From Lentzea sp. (GTDB lineage: Bacteria > Actinomycetota > Actinomycetes > Mycobacteriales > Pseudonocardiaceae), in contig NZ_DASVFL010000067.1 of the NCBI RefSeq assembly GCF_036380075.1, positions 27,676-91,675 of the forward strand: 64,000 nt of DNA, written 5' to 3'. Numbering within the stretch: the first letter of the stretch is position 1; the number at the start of each line of letters is the position of its first letter. The notes under the pieces were generated by a model. It did not search any database. It was given only the letters and a program-made list of their open reading frames with translations, and was not told the DNA's origin. The position numbers were made by a program, and so were the translations under genes. This document shows, piece after piece, positions 1-8,817 of the stretch.

Positions 1-365
1 ACCGGGCGGCCCTGGAAGTCGCCGATCTCGTTGTAGGGCGTGCTGATCACGACCGCCTCCGCGGCCGCGTCGAACTCGCCCAGGATCGCCTTGACCTCGG
101 CGCTCGGCTTGGTCAGCAGCTTGCCCAGGCGGCGCTGCTCGACGGCGACGAGGCTGCCCTTGATGCCCAGCGAGACCCAACGGGCGATCTGGGAATCATG
201 GAGCGGGGCATGATCATCGGTATCGAGCACGAGCGTATGGCGGGCGCCGAGCGCATGGAGCTCCTGCGCGCGCTTTGCCAGACGCGTCCCACCGGCCAGA
301 ACGACCAGCCGGTCACCGAACAACCTGCCGAGGCGCTCGTTGAGCGCTGCGAGAACATGATTCAT
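1..365 (-). CDS. Hypothetical protein, N-terminal part (runs off the left window edge); possibly ATP-grasp-like
   Basis: My translation of the minus strand from ATG at 365: MNHVLAALNERLGRLFGDRLVVLAGG...ARWVSLGIKGSLVAVEQRRLGKLL...VVISTPYNEIGDFQGRP. No stop before base 1 and GC-rich third positions. Absent from the ORF track because it is open-ended. Family guess is weak. Confidence 0.65.
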   Translation of the reverse strand, partial: MNHVLAALNERLGRLFGDRLVVLAGGTRLAKRAQELHALGARHTLVLDTDDHAPLHDSQIARWVSLGIKGSLVAVEQRRLGKLLTKPSAEVKAILGEFDAAAEAVVISTPYNEIGDFQGRP

Positions 366-535
366 CGCCGAGAACCCGCTTTGAGAAGAAGCAGAAGATG
401 AACCGGCGATCGCCGGGTGACGCGTAGCGTAGAGCCACCCGGTATGCGTGTCGAAGCACGGTCCGGCAACGGCCGGATGAATCTTGCGACGGGCCTGTCG
501 GCACAGGCTCCGGGGCAAGCGCGTGAGACGGCTTC

Positions 536-769
536 CTAGAAGCGGGCCGCGTCCCGAAGGACCTGGTCAACGCGGTTGAGGAAGCTCCGCCTGGGGTTGA
601 TCGACGGCAGCGGGGCGGTCAGCTCCGCGGGGGCGGGCTCCGGCGTGGGAGCGGCGCCCACGATCTCGGCCACGTTGCGCAGGAACTCCTGCCGCTTGAA
701 CTCGTGCACGGCGTGGTCGTGCAGGAGTCCGGCGATGCTCGTGTGCACAGCGCGATGGGGATAACTCAC
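536..769 (-). CDS. Small hypothetical protein (77 aa)
   Basis: Protein-like composition (HEFKRQEFLRNVAEIVG...RRSFLNRVDQVLRDAARF), GC3-biased codons, fills a gap divergent from the epimerase gene. Confidence 0.6.
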   Translation of the reverse strand: MSYPHRAVHTSIAGLLHDHAVHEFKRQEFLRNVAEIVGAAPTPEPAPAELTAPLPSINPRRSFLNRVDQVLRDAARF

Positions 770-795
770 TCGGGTGTTATCGGCTCACCCGGCGG

Positions 796-810
796 TGACC
801 TTTAGGGTCA
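796..810. promoter_or_regulatory. Inverted repeat TGACC-N5-GGTCA overlapping a TAGGGT -10-like hexamer; candidate operator in a divergent promoter region
   Basis: Sequence TGACCTTTAGGGTCA lies 4 nt before the GTG at 815; TAGGGT at 803-808 is 6 nt from the start codon. Confidence 0.4.
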
Positions 811-814
811 ACTC

Positions 815-1672
815 GTGCGAGTTCTGGTGACCGGCGCCACTGGGTACGTCGGCAGGGCCGTGGTGCGTGAGCTGCGGGTTCATGGTCATGAACCGGTTGC
901 GTCCCGGCAGCGCCTCTCCGAGCCGTTCGAGCTGACCGATGTGGACGCCGTGATCCACCTGGCGGCCGCGGCCCGTGTGCGGGAGTCATTTCTTGATCCG
1001 CTCCCGTACTGGGAGACGAACGTGGGCGGGACGCTCAACCTGCTCAAAGCCCTGAAGGGGCAACGGTTCCTGCTCGCCTCGACCGGTGGCGTCTACCGGC
1101 CGTCGGACGCGCCGCTGACCGAGGACTCGGCCAGGGAGCCGTCCTCGCCGTACGCCGCGACCAAGGCCGCCGCGGAGGACCTCGTGGCGTGGACGGCGAG
1201 GTCGGGCCAGATCGGCGCGACCACGCTCCGTCTCTTCAACGTCGCTGGAGGAGGTGACGCGGACACCACTCGGGTGATCACGCGGGCTGTCGCGTCCGCC
1301 GCCGGGACGGTGCCCGGGATGGAGGTCTACGGCGACGGCACGGCCGTGCGCGACTTCGTCCACGTGCGCGACGTCGCTCAAGCCTTCGTCGTGGCGCTGG
1401 AGGCGTGTTCCGTGGGCACGTCGTCGGTCTACAACGTCGGAGGGACCCCTGCGTCCGTGCGGGACGTCCTGGCCGCGGTCGCGGACGTGACCGGCCACGA
1501 GGTGCCCGTCGAGTGGAAGCCGGCGCACCCCGGCGAGGTGCGGTTCCAGCGGGCCGACGTGGCGCGGCTGCGCGCGCTGGGCTGGGAGCCGCGGCACTCG
1601 TCGCTGGCGGAGATCGTCAGAGACCAGTGGCTCGCTTCGGCACCGGCACCCGGTCCAGGTCCTTCGCGATGA
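815..1672 (+). CDS. NAD-dependent epimerase/dehydratase (extended SDR, GalE-like)
   Basis: GATGYVG Rossmann motif, YAATK catalytic Yxxx[18 protein letters not shown]. Confidence 0.9.
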   Translation: MRVLVTGATGYVGRAVVRELRVHGHEPVASRQRLSEPFELTDVDAVIHLAAAARVRESFLDPLPYWETNVGGTLNLLKALKGQRFLLASTGGVYRPSDAPLTEDSAREPSSPYAATKAAAEDLVAWTARSGQIGATTLRLFNVAGGGDADTTRVITRAVASAAGTVPGMEVYGDGTAVRDFVHVRDVAQAFVVALEACSVGTSSVYNVGGTPASVRDVLAAVADVTGHEVPVEWKPAHPGEVRFQRADVARLRALGWEPRHSSLAEIVRDQWLASAPAPGPGPSR

Positions 1673-2528
1673 CGATCTCCCCGTCGAACTCCGCGGCCGC
1701 CTCGGCGTGGAACTCGGCGGGGTCGTCGTAGCGCTGGGAGAAGTGCGTGAGGACGAGCTTGCGGACGTTGGTCTCCTGCGCGACGCGGGCGGCCTGCTGG
1801 GCGGTGAGGTGGCCGTGGTCGCCGGCGAGCCTGGTGTCGCGGGCGAGGTAGGTCGACTCGATCACCAGCAGGTCGGCGTTGTCCGCGAGCTCGTAGACGT
1901 TGTCGCAGAGCCGGGTGTCCATGACGAACGCGAACTTCTGGCCCTTGCGGGGTTCGCTGACGTCTTCCAGCCGCACCCCGTCCAGCTCGCCCCGGGCCTG
2001 GAGCGTGCGGACCCGCGGGCCCTGGATGCCGTGCTCCCTGAGCTTCTCGGGCAGCATCCGGTGGCCGTCCGGTTCGACGAGCCGGTAGCCGAAGCTGTCG
2101 ATGCCGTGGTCGAGCCGGTAGGCCTCCAGCGTCCCGAACTTGCCGCTGGCGAACACGCCGTCGGAGTCGACCGGCTCCTCCTCCACGTCCGCGGCGTCGT
2201 AGAACGCGCTGGCGTGCCGGAGGCGTTCGAAGAAGTGGGCGCCGGAACGCGGGTAGTGCGCGTGGACGGTGTGCGGGACGCGGTCCAGGCTGAGCCGCTG
2301 GACGATGCCGGGGACGCCCAGGCAGTGGTCGCCGTGGAAGTGGGTGATGCAGATCCGGGTGATGTCGCTCGCAGCGGCGCCCGCCCGCAGCATCTGCCGC
2401 TGGGAGCCCTCGCCGGGGTCGAAGAGCAGGCCTTCGCCGTCCCACCTGAGCAGATAGCCGTTGTGGTTGCGCTGCCGCGTGGGAACCTGGCTGGCCGTTC
2501 CCAGGACGATCAGTTCCCGGACTGTCAC
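1617..2528 (-). CDS. rnz: Ribonuclease Z
   Basis: [27 protein letters not shown] (HxHxDH), [21 protein letters not shown] motifs. Confidence 0.95.
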   Translation of the reverse strand: MTVRELIVLGTASQVPTRQRNHNGYLLRWDGEGLLFDPGEGSQRQMLRAGAAASDITRICITHFHGDHCLGVPGIVQRLSLDRVPHTVHAHYPRSGAHFFERLRHASAFYDAADVEEEPVDSDGVFASGKFGTLEAYRLDHGIDSFGYRLVEPDGHRMLPEKLREHGIQGPRVRTLQARGELDGVRLEDVSEPRKGQKFAFVMDTRLCDNVYELADNADLLVIESTYLARDTRLAGDHGHLTAQQAARVAQETNVRKLVLTHFSQRYDDPAEFHAEAAAEFDGEIVIAKDLDRVPVPKRATGL

Positions 2529-2551
2529 ACCCTGACGTTAACGTCTGTGCC

Positions 2552-3373
2552 ATGCGGAGCGTGGAAGTGGCGGCGTCGTGGCCTGTCGGGAACGTGGCGG
2601 TGGCCGTCGTCTCGGACGGGGCCGTCGTGGGTTCTCTGGGTGATCAGCAGCGCGTGTTCCCGCTCGCGTCCGTCACGAAGCTGCTGACGTCGTACGCGGT
2701 GCTGGTGGCCGTCGAGGAGGGCGCGGTCGAGTGGGACCAGCCCGCCGGGCCTCCAGGGTCCACTGTGCGGCACCTGATCGCGCACACGGCCGGGTACGCG
2801 TTCGACAAGGCCGAGGTGCAGGCCGAGCCCGGCACGCGGCGGATCTACTCCAACGCCGGGTTCGACGTGCTGGCGTCGTTCGTGGGCGAGGCGTGCGAGA
2901 TGCCGTTCGCGACGTACCTGCATGAGGCCGTGTTCGTGCCGCTGGGGATGAAGTCGTCGGCCCTCGTCGGCTCGGCCGGCGCCGGTGCCGAGTCCTGCGC
3001 CGCCGACCTGGCGCTGTTCGCGGCCGAGCTGCTGTCGCCGACGCTCGTCTCGGCAGAGCTGGTCGGCGAGGCCACGTCCGTCGTCTTCCCCGGCCTGAAC
3101 GGCGTGCTGCCCGGCTACGGCATGCAGAAGCCGAACGACTGGGGCCTGGGCTTCGAGATCCGCGACGGCAAGTCGCCGCACTGGACCGGCACCTCGCACT
3201 CGCCGCGCACGTTCGGGCACTTCGGCCAGTCCGGCACGTTCCTGTGGGTCGACCCGGAGATCTCGTCGGCCTGCGTCGCGCTGACGGACCTGCGCTTCGG
3301 CCCGTGGGCGGTCGAGGCGTGGACGCCGTTCTCCGACGGCGTCCGCGCCGAGCTGGTCAGTCGGCGAGCCTGA
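2552..3373 (+). CDS. Serine hydrolase, beta-lactamase-related family
   Basis: LASVTK (SxxK), YSNAGF, FGHFGQSG. Confidence 0.9.
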   Translation: MRSVEVAASWPVGNVAVAVVSDGAVVGSLGDQQRVFPLASVTKLLTSYAVLVAVEEGAVEWDQPAGPPGSTVRHLIAHTAGYAFDKAEVQAEPGTRRIYSNAGFDVLASFVGEACEMPFATYLHEAVFVPLGMKSSALVGSAGAGAESCAADLALFAAELLSPTLVSAELVGEATSVVFPGLNGVLPGYGMQKPNDWGLGFEIRDGKSPHWTGTSHSPRTFGHFGQSGTFLWVDPEISSACVALTDLRFGPWAVEAWTPFSDGVRAELVSRRA

Positions 3374-3683
3374 GCGCGAGCTGCCGGAGGATCTCCTGCA
3401 CGTCGGCGTCCTCGTAGTCGTTCTCGTACGCCTGCGCGACGCCGTGGAAGGCGTAGAGCAGGCCGGCGGTGAACCAGCCGAACTGCGACAGCACCTGGTC
3501 CATCGCCTGCTTGAGGGCCTGCGCGCCGGCCTCGTTCAGCTCGCCGTCGACCTTGACCTCGTAGCTGAACACGCCCTCCTGCAACGACTTGAGGGCCATG
3601 CGCAGGTAGTCGTTCGATCCGGCGCCGTCGTAGGTGAGCGTCAGGACGCCGAGCGCCCGCTGCATGATCTCCCGCTGGTCCAC
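3357..3683 (-). CDS. Hypothetical helical protein (108 aa)
   Basis: GTG start at 3683 (VDQREIMQRALGVL...), strong GC3 bias, same strand and just downstream of the methyltransferase. Confidence 0.7.
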   Translation of the reverse strand: MDQREIMQRALGVLTLTYDGAGSNDYLRMALKSLQEGVFSYEVKVDGELNEAGAQALKQAMDQVLSQFGWFTAGLLYAFHGVAQAYENDYEDADVQEILRQLALRLAD

Positions 3684-3756
3684 AGCCGCCACTCTGCCTC
3701 GTCGCCCGCCGCGGACAAAGGGCCCGGCACGCATCGGCGCGCCGGAGCCCCCTCCG

Positions 3757-4599
3757 TCAGGCCGGCTTGCGCGCGACCCACCGCGCGACCGAGAAGACCC
3801 CGGCGGCACGGGCGGCGTCGAGCACGCGCTTGCCGTCGTGGATGACGGTGTTCTTCTCGCCCTCGTAGTCGCCCCAGCCCTGGCCGTCGTCCGGCGGCGT
3901 GCTGCCCCAGCACTCGACGCCGGCGTAGAGGTCCTCGGACACCTCGACGTCGAACCCGGCCGCCACCATCAGGTCGCGGTAGCCGTCCAGCGTGCCGAGC
4001 TCGGGGATGGAGATGACCTCCTCGACCGGGCGGATGAACTCGGCGATCTGCTCGGGCGTCCGGTGGTCGCCGAACGGCCGGGCGATCCAGTCGACGCCGA
4101 CAAGGCACGCGCCGGGCTTGAGCACCCGGAAGGCGGCCTGGAAGAAGGCGCCCTTCTCGGGCAGGTGGCAGACCGACTCGTAGAAGCTGACCATGTCGAG
4201 CGAGGAGTCCGGCCACCACACGAGCGACTTGTAGTCCTCGTCGCCGACGGTCAGGAACGCGGTCTTGTCGCCTTGTCCCCGCTGGTCGGCGTACTCGCGG
4301 GCCTGCGAGGAGAGCCACTCGTTGTTGGAGATCCCGACGACGTGCGCCTGGGCGATCTCGGCCATGTAGACCGTCGTGCCGCCGACGCCGCTGCCGAAGT
4401 CGAGCGCGGTCCCGCCGGCCCGCAGCCCGGCCGCGTCGACCTGCTTGCGCGCCAACGCCTTCGCCGCGTCCTCCGGCGACAGCCCCGCCTGCTCGGCCGC
4501 CAGGTCGCCGTGGTGCCAGAACTGCCCCATGAGCGCGTGGTACGCGGGCCCGGCGTGGTCGTAGTACTCGCGAACCTGCTGCTCGACAGTGGTGTTCAC
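3757..4599 (-). CDS. Class I SAM-dependent methyltransferase (sterol/tocopherol/RebM-like)
   Basis: VREYYD...FWHHG N-terminus, LDFGSGVGG motif I, ESVCHLPEK, FRVLKPGA. Confidence 0.88.
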   Translation of the reverse strand: MNTTVEQQVREYYDHAGPAYHALMGQFWHHGDLAAEQAGLSPEDAAKALARKQVDAAGLRAGGTALDFGSGVGGTTVYMAEIAQAHVVGISNNEWLSSQAREYADQRGQGDKTAFLTVGDEDYKSLVWWPDSSLDMVSFYESVCHLPEKGAFFQAAFRVLKPGACLVGVDWIARPFGDHRTPEQIAEFIRPVEEVISIPELGTLDGYRDLMVAAGFDVEVSEDLYAGVECWGSTPPDDGQGWGDYEGEKNTVIHDGKRVLDAARAAGVFSVARWVARKPA

Positions 4600-4738
4600 C
4601 AGTTCCGGCCTTTCAGGATCTCTGCTCCAGCAACGGCGAGGGGCAACGTAGTTCCCGATTCAACGACTTGTCCACGACCGGTGCGCGGCAACGACGACCT
4701 GCGATTTTCGGTGCTGTGATCACCGGCACGTCCTCGGC

Positions 4739-5590
4739 TCAGCAGTGGTCGAACGCGTAGTCCCTACCGCCCGCCGCCACGAGCAGCCGGTCGCGCAACG
4801 TCGTCGTCGCGGGCGTCTCCGGATCAGCGCACACGTCGCGGAAGGTGCCGCGCAGGTCGTCGGTGTACTCGATGTCGAGCACGTGCGTCCCGTACACGCC
4901 GGTGTAGGACGAGCACTCGCTCCAGCGGTGGCACTCCTCGGTCACCGCGAAGTCGAAGCCCACCTCGGACCGCCCGCGGGCCGCCTGCTCCGCGGAGTTC
5001 TTCTGCCCGATCGCGAGGCCCTTGCCGTGCGCCCGGTCCGCCAGCGCCTTCGCGTACGCGAGGTTGTCATCGGCCGTCAGCCGGCCGTCCGACCGCAGGA
5101 ACGAGTCGAGGTTGTCGATCTCCACGGCCTGGAACCCCTTGGCGGCGCACCGGTCGACGGTCGCCCCGAAGATCGCCGCCAGCTCACCCCTTGCGGCGGG
5201 CGTCGAGGTGTCGAGCAGGAACTCGTCCGGCCACTTCGGATCGTTGACGGGCTTGCCCGACGAGTCCTTCAGCACCAGGTGCGCGCGCTCGGTCAGCCAC
5301 ACGTCCCGTTCGCCGGGCTGCGACTGGAACCCGTTGACGTAGCAGACGGAGTAGAGGCCGGGCGCGGGTTCGGCGGTGCTGTCCCGCACCACGAGCGTGA
5401 CGCCGCCGGGCGGCGGGTAGGCGGCGCCGAGCTGGTAGTCGAGGACCGCCTTCTCCGGTGGGAGCCGGACGCCCTGTGCGGTCGGCGGCGCCGAGGGCTT
5501 CGGTCCCGGGGATTCGGACTCGGGTTCGTCGGCGCAGCCGGAGAGGACGAGTGCGGCGAGTGCGATGCCGAGGAGAGAACGGAGACGCAC
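4739..5590 (-). CDS. Endo-alpha-1,4-polygalactosaminidase-like lipoprotein (GH114)
   Basis: Lipobox LSGC; DYQLGAAY, CYVNGFQSQPGE, KGFQAVEIDNLDS, QKNSAE, DFAVTEEC. Confidence 0.88.
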   Translation of the reverse strand: MRLRSLLGIALAALVLSGCADEPESESPGPKPSAPPTAQGVRLPPEKAVLDYQLGAAYPPPGGVTLVVRDSTAEPAPGLYSVCYVNGFQSQPGERDVWLTERAHLVLKDSSGKPVNDPKWPDEFLLDTSTPAARGELAAIFGATVDRCAAKGFQAVEIDNLDSFLRSDGRLTADDNLAYAKALADRAHGKGLAIGQKNSAEQAARGRSEVGFDFAVTEECHRWSECSSYTGVYGTHVLDIEYTDDLRGTFRDVCADPETPATTTLRDRLLVAAGGRDYAFDHC

Positions 5591-5626
5591 GGAGAACTCC
5601 TCGGTGGAAATAGTCGGCTCACGACG

Positions 5627-5660
5627 AAGCCCCGGCCAGACCGAAGTCTGACCGGGGCTT
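5627..5660 (-). terminator. Intrinsic terminator downstream of the tRNA pair
   Basis: AAGCCCCGG-CCAGAC-CGAA-GTCTGA-CCGGGGCTT hairpin just past the tRNA-Arg 3' end. Confidence 0.75.
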
Positions 5661-5666
5661 GTCCAG

Positions 5667-5739
5667 TGCGCTCGGCAGGATTCGAACCTGCAACCTTCTG
5701 ATCCGTAGTCAGATGCTCTATCCGTTGAGCTACGAGCGC
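5667..5739 (-). tRNA. tRNA-Arg(ACG), CCA not encoded
   Basis: Reverse complement GCGCTCGTAGCTCAACGGATAGAGCATCTGACTACGGATCAGAAGGTTGCAGGTTCGAATCCTGCCGAGCGCA; anticodon loop CTACGGA. Confidence 0.97.
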
Positions 5740-5781
5740 GTGCTATTCAATTATAACCGAACCCCTGGAGGCTCGGCCTTG

Positions 5782-5871
5782 CGGAGGCTCCGGGATTTGA
5801 ACCCGGGATGGGGGGTTACCCCAAACCGCATTAGCAGTGCGGCGCCATAGACCAGACTAGGCGAAGCCTCC
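5782..5871 (-). tRNA. tRNA-Ser(GCT), long variable arm, CCA not encoded
   Basis: GGAGGCT/AGCCTCC acceptor stem, anticodon loop CTGCTAA, GGTTCAAATCC T-loop. Confidence 0.97.
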
Positions 5872-5897
5872 CGGGACCATCCTCGGCCACGACGCAT

Positions 5898-5927
5898 AGG
5901 TTACACAGGTCTTCAACGGAGTTGCAA
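5898..5927 (-). promoter_or_regulatory. Housekeeping-sigma promoter of the tRNA-Ser/Arg operon
   Basis: Minus strand TTGCAA (5927-5922), 18 nt spacer, TAACCT (5903-5898). Confidence 0.75.
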
Positions 5928-6026
5928 AACACCCCCCTCCCAACCCCGTACGCGCTGGTCAGAGCACGTGCGGAGGGCGGGAGAAGGGCGTTAAATGCCT
6001 GGTCGGCGCGTGCGAAGTGACCTAGA

Positions 6027-7970
6027 TCATTCTGAAGCGAGTTCCAGGAAGGGCCGCAGCGACTCTGGATTGCGCAGCGCTCCCCTGCTCACGGCCTTCT
6101 CCGGGTCGGCGCCTGCCAGGATCTTCTTGACCGGGACCTCGCACTTCTTGCCGTTGAGGGTCCGCGGAATCTCGGCGACGGCGACGAACCGGTTCGGGAC
6201 GTGGCGCGGGGAGAGCGCCGAACGCAATTCCCGGCGCAGCACCGGTTCCACGTCGGCGAGCGGGACGCCGTCCAGGACGACGAAGCAGAGCAGTTCGCCC
6301 TCGGTGACGCCGGACGTGTCGATCACCAGCGAGTCGGCGACGCCGTCGACGGACTCGACGACGCGGTAGAACTCCGAGGTGCCCATGCGGACGCCGCCGC
6401 GGTTGAGGGTCGAGTCGGAGCGGCCGTAGATCACCGCCGAGCCGCGCGGGGTGATGCGGATCCAGTCGCCGTGGCGCCAGATCCCGGGGTAGGTGTCGAA
6501 GTACGCGTCGCGCAGCCGCTCGCCCGTGTCGTCGCCCCAGAAGAACACCGGCATCGACGGCATGGGCTTGGTGATCACGAGCTCGCCGACCTCGTCGTCC
6601 AGCGCCGCGCCCGCCTCGTCGAAGGCGAAGACGGAGGCGCCGAGGGCGCGGCAGGACAGCTCGCCCAGCCACACCGGGCGGTCCGGCGAGGCGGCCACGA
6701 AGGCCGTGCACAGGTCGGTGCCGCCGGAGACCGAGGCGATCTGGACGTCCTTGCCGACGGCGGAGGCGATCCAGCGGAAGCCCTCCGGCGTCAGGGGCGC
6801 GCCGGTCGAGCCGACCACGCGCAGGCCCGTCAGGTCGTAGCTCTCCGACGGGTTGAGGCCGTCCTTGAGGCACGACTGGACGTACGGCGCGGACGTGCCG
6901 AAGTAGTTCACGCGGTGCTGTTCGGCCAGGTGCCACAACGTGTTCAGCGACGGGTAGGCCGGGCTGCCGTCGAACAGGACGATCGTGGTCCCGACGAGCA
7001 GGCCGCCCACCAGGTAGTTCCACATCATCCAGCCGGTGGTGGTGAACCAGAAGAAGCGGTCGCCGGGGCCGAGGTCGCTGTGCAGCGCGAGCATCTTCAG
7101 GTGCTCCACCACGATGCCGCCGTGGCCCTGGACGATGCCCTTGGGCAGGCCCGTGGTGCCGGACGAGTAGAGCACCCACAGCGGGTGGTCGAACGGCACC
7201 GGCGTGAACTCCAGAGCCGCGCCCTCGTTGTCCGCCAGCAGCTCCGCGAACGACAGGGTGTCCGGCAGCGTCGCGCCGTTGTCCAGGTAGTCGACCAGGA
7301 CGGTGGCGCGCAGGCCGGGCAGCTGGGCGCGGATCTCCTCGACGACCGGGCGGCAGTCGAACGACCGTCCGTTGTAGACGTAGCCGGAGACGGCGACGAA
7401 CACCGCGGGCTCGATCTGGGTGAACCGGTCGGCGACGGCGCGGGCGCCGAAGTCCGGCGAGCACGACGACCAGGTGGCGCCCAGCGACGCGGCCGCCAGG
7501 AAGGCGATCAAGGCCTCGGGGGCGTTCGGCACGAGTGCCACCACCCGGTCGCCCTGCGAGACGCCGAGAGAGGCCAATGCGGCCCGGAAAGCGGCCACGC
7601 GCGAACGCAGCGCACCGAAGGTCAGCGAGGAAGCGACGCCGTCCTCGCGGTGGAAGATCACGGCCAGGTCGTCGTCGCCACCGCGGCGCAGCGCGTGCTC
7701 GGCGTAGTTCAGCGTCGCGCCGGGGAACCACCGGGCGCCCGGCATCTCCGCGGAGCCCAGCACGCGTTCGGGGGCGGAGTGGAACCGGACGTCGAAGTAC
7801 TCGGCTATGGCGCCCCAGAACCCCTCGAGGTCGGAGACGGACCACTCCCACAGCGACTCGTAGTCGGGGAAGTCGTGGCCCCGCCCGGCGAGCCAGGAGC
7901 GGAACTCGGTCATCCCGTTGTCCCTCGTGGGGTCCGGGCGCCACAGCAGTTCGACGTCGGTGTCGGTCAT
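6027..7970 (-). CDS. Acetoacetate--CoA ligase
   Basis: YSSGTTGLPKGIVQGHGG AMP-binding motif, WFTTTGWMMWN, SVSGGTDLC, GRSDSTLNRGGVRMGT, NGKKCEVPVK. Confidence 0.95.
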   Translation of the reverse strand: MTDTDVELLWRPDPTRDNGMTEFRSWLAGRGHDFPDYESLWEWSVSDLEGFWGAIAEYFDVRFHSAPERVLGSAEMPGARWFPGATLNYAEHALRRGGDDDLAVIFHREDGVASSLTFGALRSRVAAFRAALASLGVSQGDRVVALVPNAPEALIAFLAAASLGATWSSCSPDFGARAVADRFTQIEPAVFVAVSGYVYNGRSFDCRPVVEEIRAQLPGLRATVLVDYLDNGATLPDTLSFAELLADNEGAALEFTPVPFDHPLWVLYSSGTTGLPKGIVQGHGGIVVEHLKMLALHSDLGPGDRFFWFTTTGWMMWNYLVGGLLVGTTIVLFDGSPAYPSLNTLWHLAEQHRVNYFGTSAPYVQSCLKDGLNPSESYDLTGLRVVGSTGAPLTPEGFRWIASAVGKDVQIASVSGGTDLCTAFVAASPDRPVWLGELSCRALGASVFAFDEAGAALDDEVGELVITKPMPSMPVFFWGDDTGERLRDAYFDTYPGIWRHGDWIRITPRGSAVIYGRSDSTLNRGGVRMGTSEFYRVVESVDGVADSLVIDTSGVTEGELLCFVVLDGVPLADVEPVLRRELRSALSPRHVPNRFVAVAEIPRTLNGKKCEVPVKKILAGADPEKAVSRGALRNPESLRPFLELASE

Positions 7971-8061
7971 GCCCCATGTCTAATCGAGGCACCACCGCAC
8001 GTCCATGTGTGATTGGCGGACTTGCGGTAGCCCACCTGTGTGGAACGACCTGGGGGTGGAC

Positions 8062-8817
8062 CTAGCCCGCGGCCAGCAGCTCGTCGACCGCGCTCGTCAG
8101 CCGGCCGGCGTCCGCCGGGGCCAGCACGAGCCAGCCGTCCTGCTTGCGGAGCAGGTAGCGGCCCTCGCGGGTGTCGAGCCACGACACCGAACGGCCCGTG
8201 GGGCGCGGCACGCCGTCGCGGTTGCGGGCGGTCAGGCCCAGCTCACCGCCGCCGATGCGGGACGTGACGAGGCGCAGCAGCGTGTGCGCCTCCGGCTCGC
8301 GGACGCCGACGCCGCGCAGGACGTCGAGGAACGCCTGCTTGCCCTCCTGCTCGCCCGCCTTGCCCGCGCGCACGTAGTCGTCCCAGCGCACGTTGACGGC
8401 GCGGCCGGTGCCGGGCGCGAGGCCTGGCAACGATGACACCGTGGCCGAGGCCAGCGAGGTCGGGCGGAACGGGTAGAGGTGCACCTCGCCGTTGACGCGC
8501 GCGGCGAACGCGCCGCCCCAGCCCGCGCAGGCGATGCCGCGGGCCAGTTCGGCGCCCTTGAAGTACGCGATCTCCAGCGCCCGGTCGAACTCGCCGAGCC
8601 CGGCGACGAGCGCGCGGAGGTCGGGGTCGGGGCGCTGGATCGTGCCGAGACGGCGGGCCAGCAGCGTCTGCGAGCTCGCTTCGACGAGGCGCTGCCGTGC
8701 CGCCCTGGTCGCCCCGACGTGGGGCGTGCCGAGCGGCACGGTGCGGTCCTCGCCGTGCACGGCTTGCCACAGCAGGAAGAACTCCTGCGAGCTCACCGTG
8801 AACTGGCGTTCGTTCAC
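8062..8817 (-). CDS. espG: ESX secretion-associated protein EspG family
   Basis: FTVSSQEFFLLW..., SWLDTREGRYL, LVLAPAD C-terminus; translationally coupled (GTGA overlap) downstream of a PPE-like gene. Confidence 0.85.
   Translation of the reverse strand: MNERQFTVSSQEFFLLWQAVHGEDRTVPLGTPHVGATRAARQRLVEASSQTLLARRLGTIQRPDPDLRALVAGLGEFDRALEIAYFKGAELARGIACAGWGGAFAARVNGEVHLYPFRPTSLASATVSSLPGLAPGTGRAVNVRWDDYVRAGKAGEQEGKQAFLDVLRGVGVREPEAHTLLRLVTSRIGGGELGLTARNRDGVPRPTGRSVSWLDTREGRYLLRKQDGWLVLAPADAGRLTSAVDELLAAG

Noticed and set aside
1617-1672. 56-nt convergent overlap of the epimerase and rnz 3' ends
   Set aside because: Both catalytic domains are complete before the overlap; short convergent overlaps are common here (also 3357-3373, 26189-26205, 50187-50190)
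3357-5667. Possible genomic island integrated at tRNA-Arg
   Set aside because: No integrase and no duplicated tRNA 3' end seen at a distal boundary; codon usage looks host-like
5767-5776. GGAGGCTCGG, resembling a partial copy of the tRNA-Ser(GCT) 3' end
   Set aside because: Only 8 nt identical in GC-rich DNA; too short to call an att remnant
6201-8012. Long antisense and alternate-frame ORFs throughout the window (e.g. 6201-8012 +, 8895-10862 +, 59909-62749 +, 40719-42644 -)
   Set aside because: Shadow ORFs expected at about 70% GC; Arg/Ala/Gly-rich, motif-free and opposite well-supported genes
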